A stretch of 63,686 nucleotides of DNA, the filler included, from Octopus bimaculoides (lineage: Eukaryota): NCBI RefSeq assembly GCF_001194135.2. It is 7 parts of 7 records of this genome, joined end to end, with 100 filler letters (N's around TTAATTAATTAA, not from the genome) between each part and the next. Parts side by side here need not be neighbours in the genome. Positions count along the whole stretch, not along the records: positions 1 to 17,545 come from NW_026423663.1; 6 more parts are not named here. One strand, 5' to 3'. Position numbers and translations under genes: made by a program. The notes beneath the pieces are model-generated. The model ran no database searches. It was not told the DNA's origin and worked only from the letters and a program-made list of their open reading frames with translations. Below, piece after piece: positions 1-13,163 of the stretch (position 1 is its first letter; each line of letters starts with the position of its first letter).

Positions 1-152
1 TGCGCGTGCGTGTGATGATTGTGTAATGAAAATGAAACAATATTCCAAGTCCCAAGAATTGACTGCCGCGCTTCTTCGTTCAGTCGGTTTCCACATCGAC
101 CAAACCAAACCAAACAACATTTCGACATTCCTGACGTTTCTGTGACTCTGAA

Positions 153-194
<42 letters not shown>

Positions 195-546
195 TCTCTG
201 CTTCTCTCTCTCCATCTCTCTTAGCATTCTATTTTCTCTTGCAGATGCGTGCGTCCACCGTTTTTCGCTGCAGCAGTTAATATTTTCTCAGCGTCTACAG
301 AACTGCTTACGTTGTTAACGTATTTCGTCTGATGGACAATCGCATCTCTCTCTCCCCACCCCTCTCTTTCTCTCTGTCTCCCTATCTACCTGTCTATCTC
401 TATCTCTTGTATGTCTTCTTTCCCATGTGCTTTTTGTGTACGTCTGTATTTCAATCTATATACCTATCTGCTTAACTATCAATCAATCTAAAAACCTCCC
501 TCTCATATATGTCTCTGCATGTATAAATGTGCGTATAAATATTTCT

Positions 547-594
547 CTACCTATCTACCTACCTATCCACCTACCTACCTATCTATCTATCTAC

Positions 595-649
<55 letters not shown>

Positions 650-747
650 CCTACCTATCTACCTATCTATCTATCTATCTACCTACCTATCCACCTACCT
701 ACCTATCTATCTATCTATCTATCTATCCATCTACCTACCTATCTATC

Positions 748-778
<31 letters not shown>

Positions 779-834
779 CTACCTACCTATCCATCTACCT
801 ATCTATCTATCTATCTACCTACCTATCCATCTAC

Positions 835-928
<94 letters not shown>

Positions 929-997
929 CCCTTTCTACCTATCTATCTATCTACCCACCCACCTACCTATCTATCTACCCACCCACCTACCTATCTA
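547..997. repeat. (ATCT)n/(ACCT)n tetranucleotide microsatellite
   Basis: About 450 bp of ATCT/ACCT units; explains the SIYL/PTYL ORFs at 427-1215 and 519-998. Confidence 0.97.
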
Positions 998-1144
998 GTA
1001 TGTTACCTCAGTCACAAGTACTTTATGTAAGTTTACATTTCTATCTATCTACCTATCTACTTATCTATCGATCTACATGCCTCCTTCTCACTTATTTCTG
1101 TGCACGTATAAATGTGTGTGCATCATATACTCTATCTGTGTATA

Positions 1145-1192
<48 letters not shown>

Positions 1193-1663
1193 TATATATA
1201 AGTGCGTGGATATAATAAAACTGGTGGAAAACTTGGTGGAAAGTAGATATAGTGGTTTGTTTGGTGTGTGGTTATTGGATGCGGTGTGTGGAATAAAACA
1301 TAGTTTGTCTCATCTTCATCGAACGATCGTTGCGAACTCCTACATTCAAATTTCCTTACGTTTTACTCCTTCCCACCATTGTTCCTCCCCTTCTCTATCT
1401 CACCCTCTCTCCTTCCTCTCTGTCACTATATAGCCTATCACCGCTACTACACACACCCTCTATACTTATGCACATGTATTGATCTACATTATGCCTGTTC
1501 TTTTTTTTTTTTTGTATTTTTTCCCCACCACCAAAACGTGGTCTTTTGCTATTTATATATTGGGGATGGTTTTAAATGCTTTTTTTTCTCTTTGTTGTTT
1601 CTTTCATCTGACCTTTGACACGCCTTTTGGACGTTTTATCCATCACTCCCCAGTGTATATAGG

Positions 1664-1705
<42 letters not shown>

Positions 1706-1989
1706 CAGCGTTTCCTTTTCCTCATAGGGCTTACCACGTATTATACCATTACATGACAATATTTCAGCATCTATCACACATACACACATCTATTCACACA
1801 ATTTATGCATATGTATGTATGTATGTATGTATGTAGCGTGTGCGTATGTGGGTGTATAGCTTTGTTGAGTGAACTGAGTCTGCAAAACTATATTGAAATA
1901 GCTTTAATATGACAGTATATAACTATGTATAATAACTCTAGAGAGACGACGAGGGGTCAAAGACCTCAAATATATATACACAATCGTTG

Positions 1990-2160
1990 TTAATGTGTGT
2001 GTGTGTGTGTGTTTATATATATGCGTGTGTGTGTGTGCATGTATATATGAGCACGTTCATGTATGTATATGTATGTGTATACATATATATATACATACAC
2101 ACATACGCACACACACACATATATAAGCGCGTGTGTATATATATATGTATATATATATAT

Positions 2161-2201
<41 letters not shown>

Positions 2202-2440
2202 GATATACATATACAAACATATATAATGATTATACATGTACACATGTATAACGATTACATACAGACAGACATATATGCATACACACACACATACACACAC
2301 GCATGTAGATGTATATATACCGTGTGTATATGTATGTATATATGTATATAAATGTATGTAATCGTTATATGTATATCTGTAGTTTTGGTACATATATATA
2401 AGGTGTATGTATGTATGTATGTATGTATGTATGTATGTGT
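1990..2440. repeat. Compound (GT)/(CA)/(TA)/(TATG) microsatellite field
   Basis: Direct inspection. Confidence 0.95.
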
Positions 2441-2991
2441 AATCTGCGTGTAGAGAAATTGTAGACATCTTTGACAGTTATTTTTCTCACTCTGTACCTT
2501 AATAGTAAACTACTTGAAAACAGTTTAAGATAGTGTTGCTTTCAAAGCTGTTTAGATTGACCGCCTTAAATTGTCCCCGCTATTTCTCACGGGAGCGAAT
2601 AGCAACTGTTCACACATTCACACACACACGAATAATAAACACTAACAGAAGTGGCAATACAATATGGCGATCGTTTCTCACCACTTAGTGACACCAGACC
2701 GGAAGTGTGTGTCAGTGACTGACCAGACACTAACCAAGATGTTGGTCATATTGTCAATTATGTGACTAACCACTTAGGTAACAATTGTGGTGTACTAATT
2801 CCCCCCCCCCACACGCTCTGTCTCTCTGTTTGTCTGTCTCTCTCTTTCTCTTTCTCTCTCTCTCTCTCTCTCTGTGTGCTCGTGCGCGCGCATGCTTTAT
2901 AATTTGAATCTTTTCCTTTTGTTTTCGTGCTGTGTTTTAAAAGTCCTTTGAACTTGCGTGTGTTTATGAATAGGGATTAGATTTAGTCACT

Positions 2992-3903
2992 GTTTAGCCC
3001 CAGGTCAGCCTTGATTGAGCAGATCTATAGAATGCATTCTACCCGACAACTTTCCGTCTATTTCTTTTTCTTTTTTTTTTTTTGTCATTTAATATTATGG
3101 TTACAATAAAAGGCGGTTAGCTGGTAGAATCGGCAGTATGCCGGACAAAATGCTTAGCATCATTTCGTCCGTTTTTCAGTTCAAATATCGCTGAGGTCGA
3201 CTTTGCTTTTGTCCTTTCGGGGTCGACGAAATAAGAACCAGTTGAATACTAGGATCGACGAACTGGACCAGCCCCACTCTCCCAGAATTTCTGGCTTTGT
3301 GCCTAGAGTAGGAAGGATTATTATTATAAGTTCTGGGTGTGATATTAAGATTTTGACTATGATTTCTAGCAAGATTCAGTACCCACCTACAAGTTCCTTT
3401 TGTTCATCACATATTTAGATACATAATATTGTCGTTTAGACTTTTCATCAGCCCAGATCAAGATGATTGATCGAAGACAATCCTCTCTTTTTTTAAATGT
3501 TTTTCATTAATTTTAACACATATTGTACCAAAGTTTATTCAACGTAATGATGTGATTTGAAGAGGATTTGACTGCTATTTCTAACAAAGTGAGTAAACAC
3601 GTAGAAACTTTGTCCCTGGTTAATTTGCGTGTCACCTATTGAGTCTTAAAGATGTTGGTGATTGTTTCTCGTAGCCCCAGCAGCCATCCCTGCTCAAGCA
3701 TATTATACGTTTGTTTATTTAGCCCTCGGAAATCATAACGAAACAGATGATGGATGATTGAAATTACTCTCATTCCAGCAGAAAACAGCTGACTGTTATG
3801 TGTATCTAGGACTATATTTCTTAATGTGCTTTTCTTAATTTAGTGACTTGAAGGAAATTTGGCTGTTGTTTTTAATAAGTCGAGCAACTGCGTAGATGTT
3901 CCC
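2992..3903 (+). mobile_element. Three decayed tandem copies of a bipartite interspersed repeat (called family F here), the first interrupted by a SINE
   Basis: 5' module TTTAGCCCCAGGTCAGCCTTGAT-like at about 2992, 3438 and 3718. 3' module GATTTGACTGCTATTTCTA-like at about 3333, 3546 and 3845. Confidence 0.6.
3111..3327 (+). mobile_element. tRNA-derived SINE, family A, near full length
   Basis: Head AGGCGGTTAGCTGGTAGAATCG; B-box-like GTTCAAAT; core CTTTCGGGGTCGA..AAATAAGAACCAG; (ATT)n tail. Homologous to copies at 7521, 7705, 53719 and 59163. Confidence 0.85.
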
Positions 3904-4725
3904 TCATTTAGGGTCGAATGGCATGTAGGTTAAGAGCAAAAGAGCGGGGGGAGGAAGAGAGGGAAAGGGAGAGAGAAAGGGGTGAGGTGAGGGGAATTTG
4001 TTATTGCGAATATCCAGCATTTCTGGATGGTAAAATGGAAAAGCAATTTTGTTTGTCTTTTTTATTTTATAACTTTCTACTACAGTTTTATGATCCCACC
4101 GCAGATAAGATCTTGAAGAAGGTACAATAGTTATNNNNNNNNNNNNNNNNNNNNNNNNNNNNNNNNNNNNNNNNNNNNNNNNNNNNNNNNNNNNNNNNNN
4201 NNNNNNNNNNNNNNNNNNNNNNNNNNNNNNNNNNNNNNNNNNNNNNNNNNNNNNNNNNNNNNNNNNNNNNNNNNNNNNNNNNNNNNNNNNNNNNNNNNNN
4301 NNNNNNNNNNNNNNNNNNNNNNNNNNNNNNNNNNNNNNNNNNNNNNNNNNNNNNNNNNNNNNNNNNNNNNNNNNNNNNNNNNNNNNNNNNNNNNNNNNNN
4401 NNNNNNNNNNNNNNNNNNNNNNNNNNNNNNNNNNNNNNNNNNNNNNNNNNNACAACAACAACAACAACAATAATAATAATAATTTTTTTTTTCTCATTTA
4501 GACATACTTTGTTCCGTTATTTATCGTTGTTGCCGTCATCGTTGTTTATTTTGGCAGACTTGTTTTCTTCCAGAACAGCTCGTCTCTTCTTTGAGCTGCA
4601 AGTAACTGAGAGTAGACGTTGACTACCGCGAAAGAACCAGTAATATCGTGTATTGTTGCCAGATGCTCAAAGCTCTCTTTTTCTCTCTCTCTCTTTCTCT
4701 CTCTCTCTCTTTCTCTCTCTCTATT

Positions 4726-4760
<35 letters not shown>

Positions 4761-5006
4761 GCTACTTTCAATCAACAAAACTTGATCATCCTTGTAATTT
4801 ATTGCGTATATAAACTTAGTGGAGCACCATGGATACAAAATTCCATTCATGACTAAAACTGAAGGTTATCGATGATTGTGGGTAATTTCGAAAAAGCGCA
4901 GATGTTTTAGACTGGAATGAGGTTTGTGGGTTGCTAGTTTGGGGATGAATTCTGTAGGAATGATATTGCAATCAACTGAACTTGTAAAAGAAGTGTGTAT
5001 TTAGGG

Positions 5007-5070
5007 CAGTGATTTTAAACCGGGGTCAACATGACCCTTCGTGTTCCATATGATCCTTGGGGTCATACTT
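5007..5070 (+). mobile_element. Possible hAT-type non-autonomous element end
   Basis: CAGTGATTTTAAACCGGGGTC resembles the CAGTGGTTYTCAACC termini of hAT MITEs; the other end is not seen. Confidence 0.3.
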
Positions 5071-5087
5071 CTACTTTTTTTATATCG

Positions 5088-5327
5088 CTTTACTCGTTTC
5101 CTTGTTTCAGTCATTTGACTGAGGCCATGCTCAGAAACAGGAAGTAAGAGTGAGAGAAAGTTGTGGTGGAAGAGTACAGCAGGGTTCGCCACCATCCCCT
5201 GCCGGAGCCTCGTGGAGCTTTAGGTGTTTTTGCTCAATAAACACTCACAACGCCTGGTCTGGGAATCGAAACCGCGATCCTATGACCGCGAGTCCGCTGC
5301 CCTACCCACTGGGTCATTGCGCATCCA
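5088..5327 (-). mobile_element. tRNA-derived SINE, family C, ending in the family-B 3' tail
   Basis: Reverse strand has A-box TGACCCAGTGG and B-box GGTTTCGATTCC. It ends in AGCATGGCCTCAGTCAAATGACTGAAACAAG, nearly identical to the family-B tail. Confidence 0.8.
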
Positions 5328-5964
5328 AACCACACTGGTATTGATAAAATAAATAACAGACCGGTATTGTTTCAATGGATTTAGAAAATCCNNNNNNNNN
5401 NNNNNNNNNNNNNNNNNNNNNNNNNNNNNNNNNNNNNNNNNNNNNNNNNNNNNNNNNNNNNNNNNNNNNNNNNNNNNNNNNNNNNNNNNNNNNNNNNNNN
5501 NNNNNNNNNNNNNNNNNNNNNNNNNNNNNNNNNNNNNNNNNNNNNNNNNNNNNNNNNNNNNNNNNNNNNNNNNNNNNNNNNNNNNNNNNNNNNNNNNNNN
5601 NNNNNNNNNNNNNNNNNNNNNNNNNNNNNNNNNNNNNNNNNNNNNNNNNNNNNNNNNNNNNNNNNNNNNNNNNNNNNNNNNNNNNNNNNNNNNNNNNNNN
5701 NNNNNNNNNNNNNNNNNNNNNNNNNNNNNNNNNNNNNNNNNNNNNNNNNNNNNNNNNNNNNNNNNNNNNNNNNNNNNNNNNNNNNNNNNNNNNNNNNNNN
5801 NNNNNNNNNNNNNNNNNNNNNNNNNNNNNNNNNNNNNNNNNNNNNNNNNNNNNNNNNNNNNNNNNNNNNNNNNNNNNNNNNNNNNNNNNNNNNNNNNNNN
5901 NNNNNNNNNNNNNNNNNNNNNNNNNNNNNNNNNNNNNNNNNNNNNNNNNNNNNNNNNNNNNNNN

Positions 5965-6005
<41 letters not shown>

Positions 6006-7520
6006 TATTCACTCACTTTTGGTCTCTCACTACCTTTCTGTCACTTTTACCGATGCCCTCATTTTTTTTATCTCATTCTCTCTTTCGTCTCTTTCTCTTT
6101 CGTCTCTCTCTCTTTCGTCTCTCTCTTTCTCTCTCTCTCTCTTCCACTCACCTTTCTTCCACTCACCTTTCTTCCACTCACCTTTCTTCCATTCATTTTC
6201 TTCCACCTTTCTTTGGTTCCAAATATCCAAATACATTTTTCTTTTTCGTCTCATCAAATACATCCCATACTTCACACCCCCACTTCAACCTCCTCCTCTT
6301 CCTCCACCCGATACCATCAACCACCTCAACCCCCACCACCACCACCACCACAACCACTTCTCTCACCAATCCACCTAACTACACTCTTCTTGCTACATCC
6401 AATTTCATTCCTTTTCCTCGCCCTCGGCTTATTTCTTTTTCTTCTTTTTGTCTTTACCTTTTATATATATATATTTTTTTTTCCCCCCTAATATTTTTTT
6501 TCCTCTCCCATCCACACTTCCCTTTTTTCCCACCTTTTCCTCTTTTTTTCCTTTTTTTTTTTTTTTTAGCTATTTTTACCCGCGTGAGAACTCACGGCAT
6601 AAATGATTCGACTTTGCAATACTAAATTAAGGTGATTGTTTTTGATAAGCGTTCAGCAAAAATGGTCGTGGTGGTAGTAGCAGTAGTAATAGCAGTAGGA
6701 CCCGTAGTTGTGGTAGTAGAGGTAGAGGTAGTTTGGTGATTGTTTAGATCGGCAGTGATTCTATGGATTGTTGTTGGCACTGATAATGATAATTGGAGAT
6801 TGACGATCGTGATGGTGATGGTTCTTATTGTTTAAACCTGAATGAACAGTCCACCCGTGACCATCCCATCTTCTTTCGAGAATAATATACCTAAGACTTC
6901 CCTGTTTTCTATCCTTAAATTTTTCTTTCAAGAGACTATTCTTTAATGAGCAACGCCTTGTTATTTCTAACAGAACATTGGACTATTGTTGCTTTTATTG
7001 ATACTGTTTATCCTCTGGTCAACCGTCAATCAGTAGATAAAACCTACAATCAAACTTAAAGATTTGGCCATTCATTCCTTTTGTATATCTGGGACTACAT
7101 TTTGTTTTTCAATGAAGAATGTGAAATAACTTAGTAGCGTATTCACACTAGCAAAAGTTGACATTTCCTGTCGAGTTTCTGTTTGCAATTTATCATTTTC
7201 TTATCTTTTCTCTACCTCACTTTCGCTGGTGTCTTGTACTAAAATTTAACTAAATAACACTTGACCCAACTTCAACTTTCAGTTAATCTACGACCACTGA
7301 TTGTCAGTCATCTTTGTCGAGACGGATTCTTGTGAAAAGTTATAATAATTGCCAGACTAACAAGAAGGCTTTGTTTTTTTTGTTTTTTTTTCTGCATAAG
7401 TAACGAGACATCGTATGAGTTGTGAAGACTCAATAACCGTTATTTGAATATTTTGGTGTGGCATGTTGGAAGAGAACTTACGAAGATTTCATAGTGAGAG
7501 AGCATTATTATTATTATTAA

Positions 7521-7698
7521 AATCGTTAGTACGCCGGGTAAAATGGTTAGCAGCATTTCGTCCGTCTGTAACGTTCTGAGTTCAAATTCTTCTGAGATCG
7601 ACTTTGATTTTCATCCTTTCATCCTGAGGTCGATGTAATTGACTAGCCCCTCCCACCAAATTTCAGGCCTTTTGCCTAGAGTATAAAGGATTATCATT
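7521..7698 (+). mobile_element. SINE family A copy
   Basis: AATCGTTAG..GAGTTCAAATTC..TTTCATCC..GTCGATGTAATTGACT..GGATTAT. Confidence 0.85.
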
Positions 7699-7704
7699 TT
7701 TTTT

Positions 7705-7843
7705 CCACCGAGGTCGATTTTACTTTTCATCCTTTTGGTGTCGATAAAATAACTACCAGTTATGTACTGGGGCCGACGTAATCAACTAGTGGTCCCCTAC
7801 CCCAAATTTCGGGGTTTGTGCCTATAGCAGAAAGGATCATTAC
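7705..7843 (+). mobile_element. 5'-truncated SINE family A copy in tandem with the previous one
   Basis: CCGAGGTCGA..TTTCATCCTTTTGGTGTCGATAAAATAACTACCAG..GTGCCTATAGCAGAAAGGATCATT. Confidence 0.85.
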
Positions 7844-8859
7844 CAATCCCTCGGTATTGGTACACAGCACCATTCATCCACATCCTTCCTTCACGACTTA
7901 AAGAAGCCAAGCTGAAAAGGGAGGAGAAATGATGTCTCCTCATACCGACACTCAGGATACCAATACCGAAGGATCACCCGATTATTATTATTGATTTTTG
8001 ATCTAATTCATTTGCGAAGCTGAAAAGTAAATTAAAATTTGGGAAAGGTTATTTCGTTTTTTTTGTTTTTTTTATGGAAGGTTGGGCATGATTTGAAGGT
8101 ATTTGGCAGTTATTTCTGGTAGGTCTGTTAGCTNNNNNNNNNNNNNNNNNNNNNNNNNNNNNNNNNNNNNNNNNNNNNNNNNNNNNNNNNNNNNNNNNNN
8201 NNNNNNNNNNNNNNNNNNNNNNNNNNNNNNNNNNNNNNNNNNNNNNNNNNNNNNNNNNNNNNNNNNNNNNNNNNNNNNNNNNNNNNNNNNNNNNNNNNNN
8301 NNNNNNNNNNNNNNNNNNNNNNNNNNNNNNNNNNNNNNNNNNNNNNNNNNNNNNNNNNNNNNNNNNNNNNNNNNNNNNNNNNNNNNNNNNNNNNNNNNNN
8401 NNNNNNNNNNNNNNNNNNNNNNNNNNNNNNNNNNNNNNNNNNNNNNNNNNNNNNNNNNNNNNNNNNNNNNNNNNNNNNNNNNNNNNNNNNNNNNNNNNNN
8501 NNNNNNNNNNNNNNNNNNNNNNNNNNNNNNNNNNNNNNNNNNNNNNNNNNNNNNNNNNNNNNNNNNNNNNNNNNNNNNNNNNNNNNNNNNNNNNNNNNNN
8601 NNNNNNNNNNNNNNNNNNNNNNNNNNNNNNNNNNNNNNNNNNNNNNNNNNNNNNNNNNNNNNNNNNNNNNNNNNNNNNNNNNNNNNNNNNNNNNNNNNNN
8701 NNNNNNNNNNNNNNNNNNNNNNNNNNNNNNNNNNNNNNNNNNNNNNNNNNNNNNNNNNNNNNNNNNNNNNNNNNNNNNNNNNNNNNNNNNNNNNNNNNNN
8801 NNNNNNNGTACATTCATTCTACTCTTTCTCTGTCTCGCCTTCTTCTTCTTTCCCTATCC

Positions 8860-8864
8860 CCCTA

Positions 8865-8902
<38 letters not shown>

Positions 8903-9020
8903 CTCGTTTCCCTCTCTCTCTCTCCCTCTTCGTTTCGCTCTCTCTCTTTCGCTCTCTCTCTTTCTCTCTCTCTCTTTTTCTCTATCTCTCTTTCTCTCTC
9001 TTTCTCTCTCTCTCTCTCTA

Positions 9021-9052
<32 letters not shown>
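8860..9052. repeat. (TC)n microsatellite
   Basis: Direct inspection. Confidence 0.95.
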
Positions 9053-9973
9053 GTATAGTCACAATGTCATTACCGGTCACGCTGTCACACTGTTAAAAAC
9101 TTCACACACATCCACACAAGCGTGAGTATACATGTGTGTCTGTATGTACATGTATGTATATATGTGTATATGTGTGTATGTGTATATATATATGTGTGTA
9201 TGTGTATATATATGTGTGTGTGTGTGTTTCTAAGTATGTATATTCGTTCTCGCGAAAATTAAGCGCAGTTATGTTACGGGCGATAAGACAGTCACATGCA
9301 ATATACACGCTGTTCACAAACCCAATTTCACGTTCAAATTTGCATACACACTGCATATACACTCACTCACACACGCGTACGCCATCACACACCTATGCAT
9401 ACATAATCACCGCGCGCTATTTTAGTTCATTTCTGTGTATTTTTCTTGATTTTTGTTGGGCATTTCTTTTACCTTTTATTTATTTATTTTTTTTTTTTGT
9501 TCATATCATTGAGCACAATCGTTGCCATGGTTTCGCAGCTTCCTTAGCTCTTCGTAAGGTAGCAAAGCAAGTAGCAGCAGCAGCAGCAGTGATTTTTGTC
9601 TGTGGATGAAAGAGGATGAGTAAAAAGCGATGTTGTCGGTGATGGTGGTGGNNNNNNNNNNNNNNNNNNNNNNNNNNNNNNNNNNNNNNNNNNNNNNNNN
9701 NNNNNNNNNNNNNNNNNNNNNNNNNNNNNNNNNNNNNNNNNNNNNNNNNNNNNNNNNNNNNNNNNNNNNTCAGGTGAGGCTACGATGGGATAGGATGGAA
9801 AATAATAAAAGGAAAAAATAAAAAAAAGAAGGACGTGTTTGTGTATGTGTGGATGATGGGGACGAGGTGCTTTTAATTTTTGACTTGTGTCACCCTAAAA
9901 ATTTATTTTGGCGAGTGAGGTAGTGGTTGTTAGATAGATGGATAGATAGATAGATAGATGCATAGATAGATAC

Positions 9974-10018
<45 letters not shown>

Positions 10019-10837
10019 AAACACAATAGAATGACTAAATAATTCAGACTTGATCTTAAGTGTTTTTCTTACTCACGGATGCGGAGAGATATAGGCATTC
10101 ACATACACACACACACACGCAAGCGTATATTCACACATACATAAACGGGCATTTGCCCATTCACAATAGGCAAAAAAAAAAAAATCACATTCGCTCATTC
10201 ATTCACACATTCGCTCTTTCACTCAATAACATTCGCTCAACTTCCTCACTCTCCTATTTGCTCTCTAGTTCACTCACCCGAACATTTCCTCATTCATTGA
10301 CGCATGCTCAGTTACTCTGACATGCATTCACTTAGTCGCTCAGTCAGTCACTCACTCAACTCCTGTCTTTCATTCCTCTCTCTCTCCTCAGTTGCCCTTT
10401 CTCCTTTTATCGCATCTTAAATTATAAAGGAACAGTCATTCAAAAGAAAAAAAACGCAACTAACTCTTCTCACATAAATGGTTTGTTAAACTACCAGTGT
10501 TGACATAATCAATGTAATGAGCCAATTTTTTTAAAATTAAATTGCAATTATTATGAGGGTGTGGAGAATAATCATTAACTTTGTAAAAAAAAAAAAAAGT
10601 CTGGTCAAAAGAGACAAGGGAAACAACTTTAAAATTTTAAATCAAAATATTATTACGAACAAATAGAATGTAGTCTTGGTTGACGGGGAGGAACTTTGGT
10701 CATGTTTCTGTCTTATTGAATTTCTTCGACAAACATATTTAGTCTTAAACCTGTATAGTTACATAAAGGTCACATGAGATGTCCGTCTTGTGGATTATAG
10801 ATAAATATATGATGCATTGGGTTGCAGGATTACCTTG

Positions 10838-10900
10838 CGATAATCTAAGCTGAAACTTAGTAATTGACTCGATAATCTAAGCTGAAAATTAGAATTGACA
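10838..10900. repeat. Two-copy tandem duplication of about 32 bp
   Basis: CGATAATCTAAGCTGAAA(C/A)TTAG(T)AATTGAC occurs twice in tandem. Confidence 0.9.
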
Positions 10901-10964
10901 CAGTAAAAAAAATTCTACCACTTCAAGGAACCAAGCGTCTTCGGTTGGCATGGGTAATGAGTGG

Positions 10965-11212
10965 GAAAGCAGCTACAACAGGGTCTCTTTATGGTTGTCT
11001 GACCTAAAAGAAATAGCAGCTATAATCATATCCTTCCTTCTGAAAGAAAAAGAAAAATGGTAAGGAAAGTTACATCTAAGACTACATTGGTCAATATAAT
11101 ATGGAGATATTTAGATACTTGTTATACAAGAAACGAAAGGTGTGATAGTCCCGGATGGAACGCTTTTGTTAATAGGTCTGTTCGGACAAGGTCGGTTATA
11201 AGGGTTAAAACT
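10965..11212 (-). mobile_element. Family F interspersed repeat
   Basis: Reverse strand carries both modules in order (TTTAACCC..ACCGACCTTG..CAGACCTAT and GCTGCTATTTCT). Further fragments at 6845-6975, 11470-11547, 14095-14190, 33750-33985, 52078-52290 and 62535-62625. Confidence 0.6.
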
Positions 11213-11295
11213 TAAGCAACTTTGCTGCTCTGTTTCTTCACGTGCCCTTAAATTATATTTCCACCACCTCTAAAAAATAAAGTGATTAATAAATA

Positions 11296-11416
11296 AGGCG
11301 CAGGAGTGGCTGTGTGGTAAGTAGCTTGTTTACCCACCACATGGTTCCGGGTTCAGTCCCACTGCNNNNNNNNNNATGACTGAAACAAGTAAAAGAGTAA
11401 AAGAGTAAAAGAGTAA
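11296..11416 (+). mobile_element. SINE family B, head and tail with the interior collapsed into a 10-N gap
   Basis: Head AGGCGCAGGAGTGGCTGTGTGG..GGTTCAGTCCCACTGC, then N10, then ATGACTGAAACAAGTAAAAGAGT with an (AAAAGAGT)n tail. Confidence 0.85.
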
Positions 11417-12749
11417 AGACTGCAGTTGGCAACGTAATTCGGAGATACTTGTTACATGAGAACTACTAAAAGGCAGGACAGTCACAGCTGGAGCGCTTTT
11501 AATAATAGGTTCGTTCAGTCAAGGTCGATTCTAAGGTTTAAGCTTAAACAACCCTTGCTGCTCTTTTTCCTCCTTCTTCGAACCGCCGCTTCTCCATCTC
11601 TCCCCTTCTTAAATTCTCACTTCCTTCTAACTCTTCATTACATATCCTATGTGTATTGCCATTACCGTCAGCCGCTCTTGTCTTGATTTTATTACGTTTT
11701 CGTCACTTACAAAAAACGAAAAGAAATTATTGTGCGTACGTATGTTCATATATGTGCCTGTGTATTCGTCAGTCTGTCTGTCAGTCTGACTCACTGTCTA
11801 TATACGTGTTATCCTATACATTTCATTTCATCATCATCATCATCATCATCATCACTCTCGCCCTTTCTCTCCCCCACGCTTGCTCTAAAATAATTTCCTT
11901 TTATTATACGAATTTCTCCCCACCCCCACCCCTCCTCTTCCTCCTCCTTTTCCATTACACCACCGCTATTGCCCCCATTAATGCTACCTCTCCCCCTCCC
12001 CGAAACCCCCACGTTCTACACCCCAAGACTGTCTACTTTTTCTGTGTATNNNNNNNNNNNNNNNNNNNNNNNNNNNNNNNNNNNNNNNNNNNNNNNNNNN
12101 NNNNNNNNNNNNNNNNNNNNNNNNNNNNNNNNNNNNNNNNNNNNNNNNNNNNNNNNNNNNNNNNNNNNNNNNNNNNNNNNNNNNNNNNNNNNNNNNNNNN
12201 NNNNNNNNNNNNNNNNNNNNNNNNNNNNNNNNNNNNNNNNNNNNNNNNNNNNNNNNNNNNNNNNNNNNNNNNNNNNNNNNNNNNNNNNNNNNNNNNNNNN
12301 NNNNNNNNNNNNNNNNNNNNNNNNNNNNNNNNNNNNNNNNNNNNNNNNNNNNNNNNNNNNNNNNNNNNNNNNNNNNNNNNNNNNNNNNNNNNNNNNNNNN
12401 NNNNNNNNNNNNNNNNNNNNNNNNNNNNNNNNNNNNNNNNNNNNNNNNNNNNNNNNNNNNNNNNNNNNNNNNNNNNNNNNNNNNNNNNNNNNNNNNNNNN
12501 NNNNNNNNNNNNNNNNNNNNNNNNNNNNNNNNNNNNNNNNNNNNNNNNNNNNNNNNNNNNNNNNNNNNNNNNNNNNNNNNNNNNNNNNNNNNNNNNNNNN
12601 NNNNNNNNNNNNNNNNNNNNNNNNNNNNNNNNNNTGGTGGTGGTGGTACTTGGCTAAATAAGGTGATCGTGGGGCTATCTATGCTTGTTTGATTTGTGAT
12701 GCAACTCGGGGAAACTGTTTGTACTCAGCTTCTTGTATAGTCTCTAGAG

Positions 12750-13163
12750 ATTTAGCTTCCCATACACATGGTTCTGGGTTCAATCTCACTCCGTGGTACC
12801 TTGAGCAGGTGTTTTCGAATATACCTTTGGACCAGCCAAAAGGCTTGTGAGTGGATTCGGTAGATGGAAACTCAATGAAGGCTGTCGTTGTGTGTGTGTG
12901 TGTGTGTGGGTGTGTATGTGTGTGTGTGTGTGTTTACGTGTCTTTCCCCCCACCACCGTTTGACAACCGGTGTTGGTTTGCTTACGTGTCCATAACGTAG
13001 CGGTTCGGCAAACGAGACCGATAGAATAAGTAACAGGCTTAAAAAAAAAAATTAAAGAAAAAAAAATGAAAAGAAGTACTGAGATCGATTTTCTCGACTA
13101 AAATGCTTCGAGGTTGTGCCCAGCATGGCCGCAGTCTACTGACTGAAACAAGTAAACAATAAG
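12750..13163 (+). mobile_element. SINE family B, near full length with internal (GT)n
   Basis: Head, CORE-like GTACCTTGAGCAGGTG, (GT)n, TTGACAACCGG..GATAGAATAAGTA..CAGCATGGCCGCAGT..GACTGAAACAAG. Confidence 0.9.

Noticed and set aside
427-1215. 262-aa ORF and similar long ORFs (SIYL, CV, TH, RE, SL repeats)
   Set aside because: These are microsatellite translations with no stop codons by composition and no domain content.
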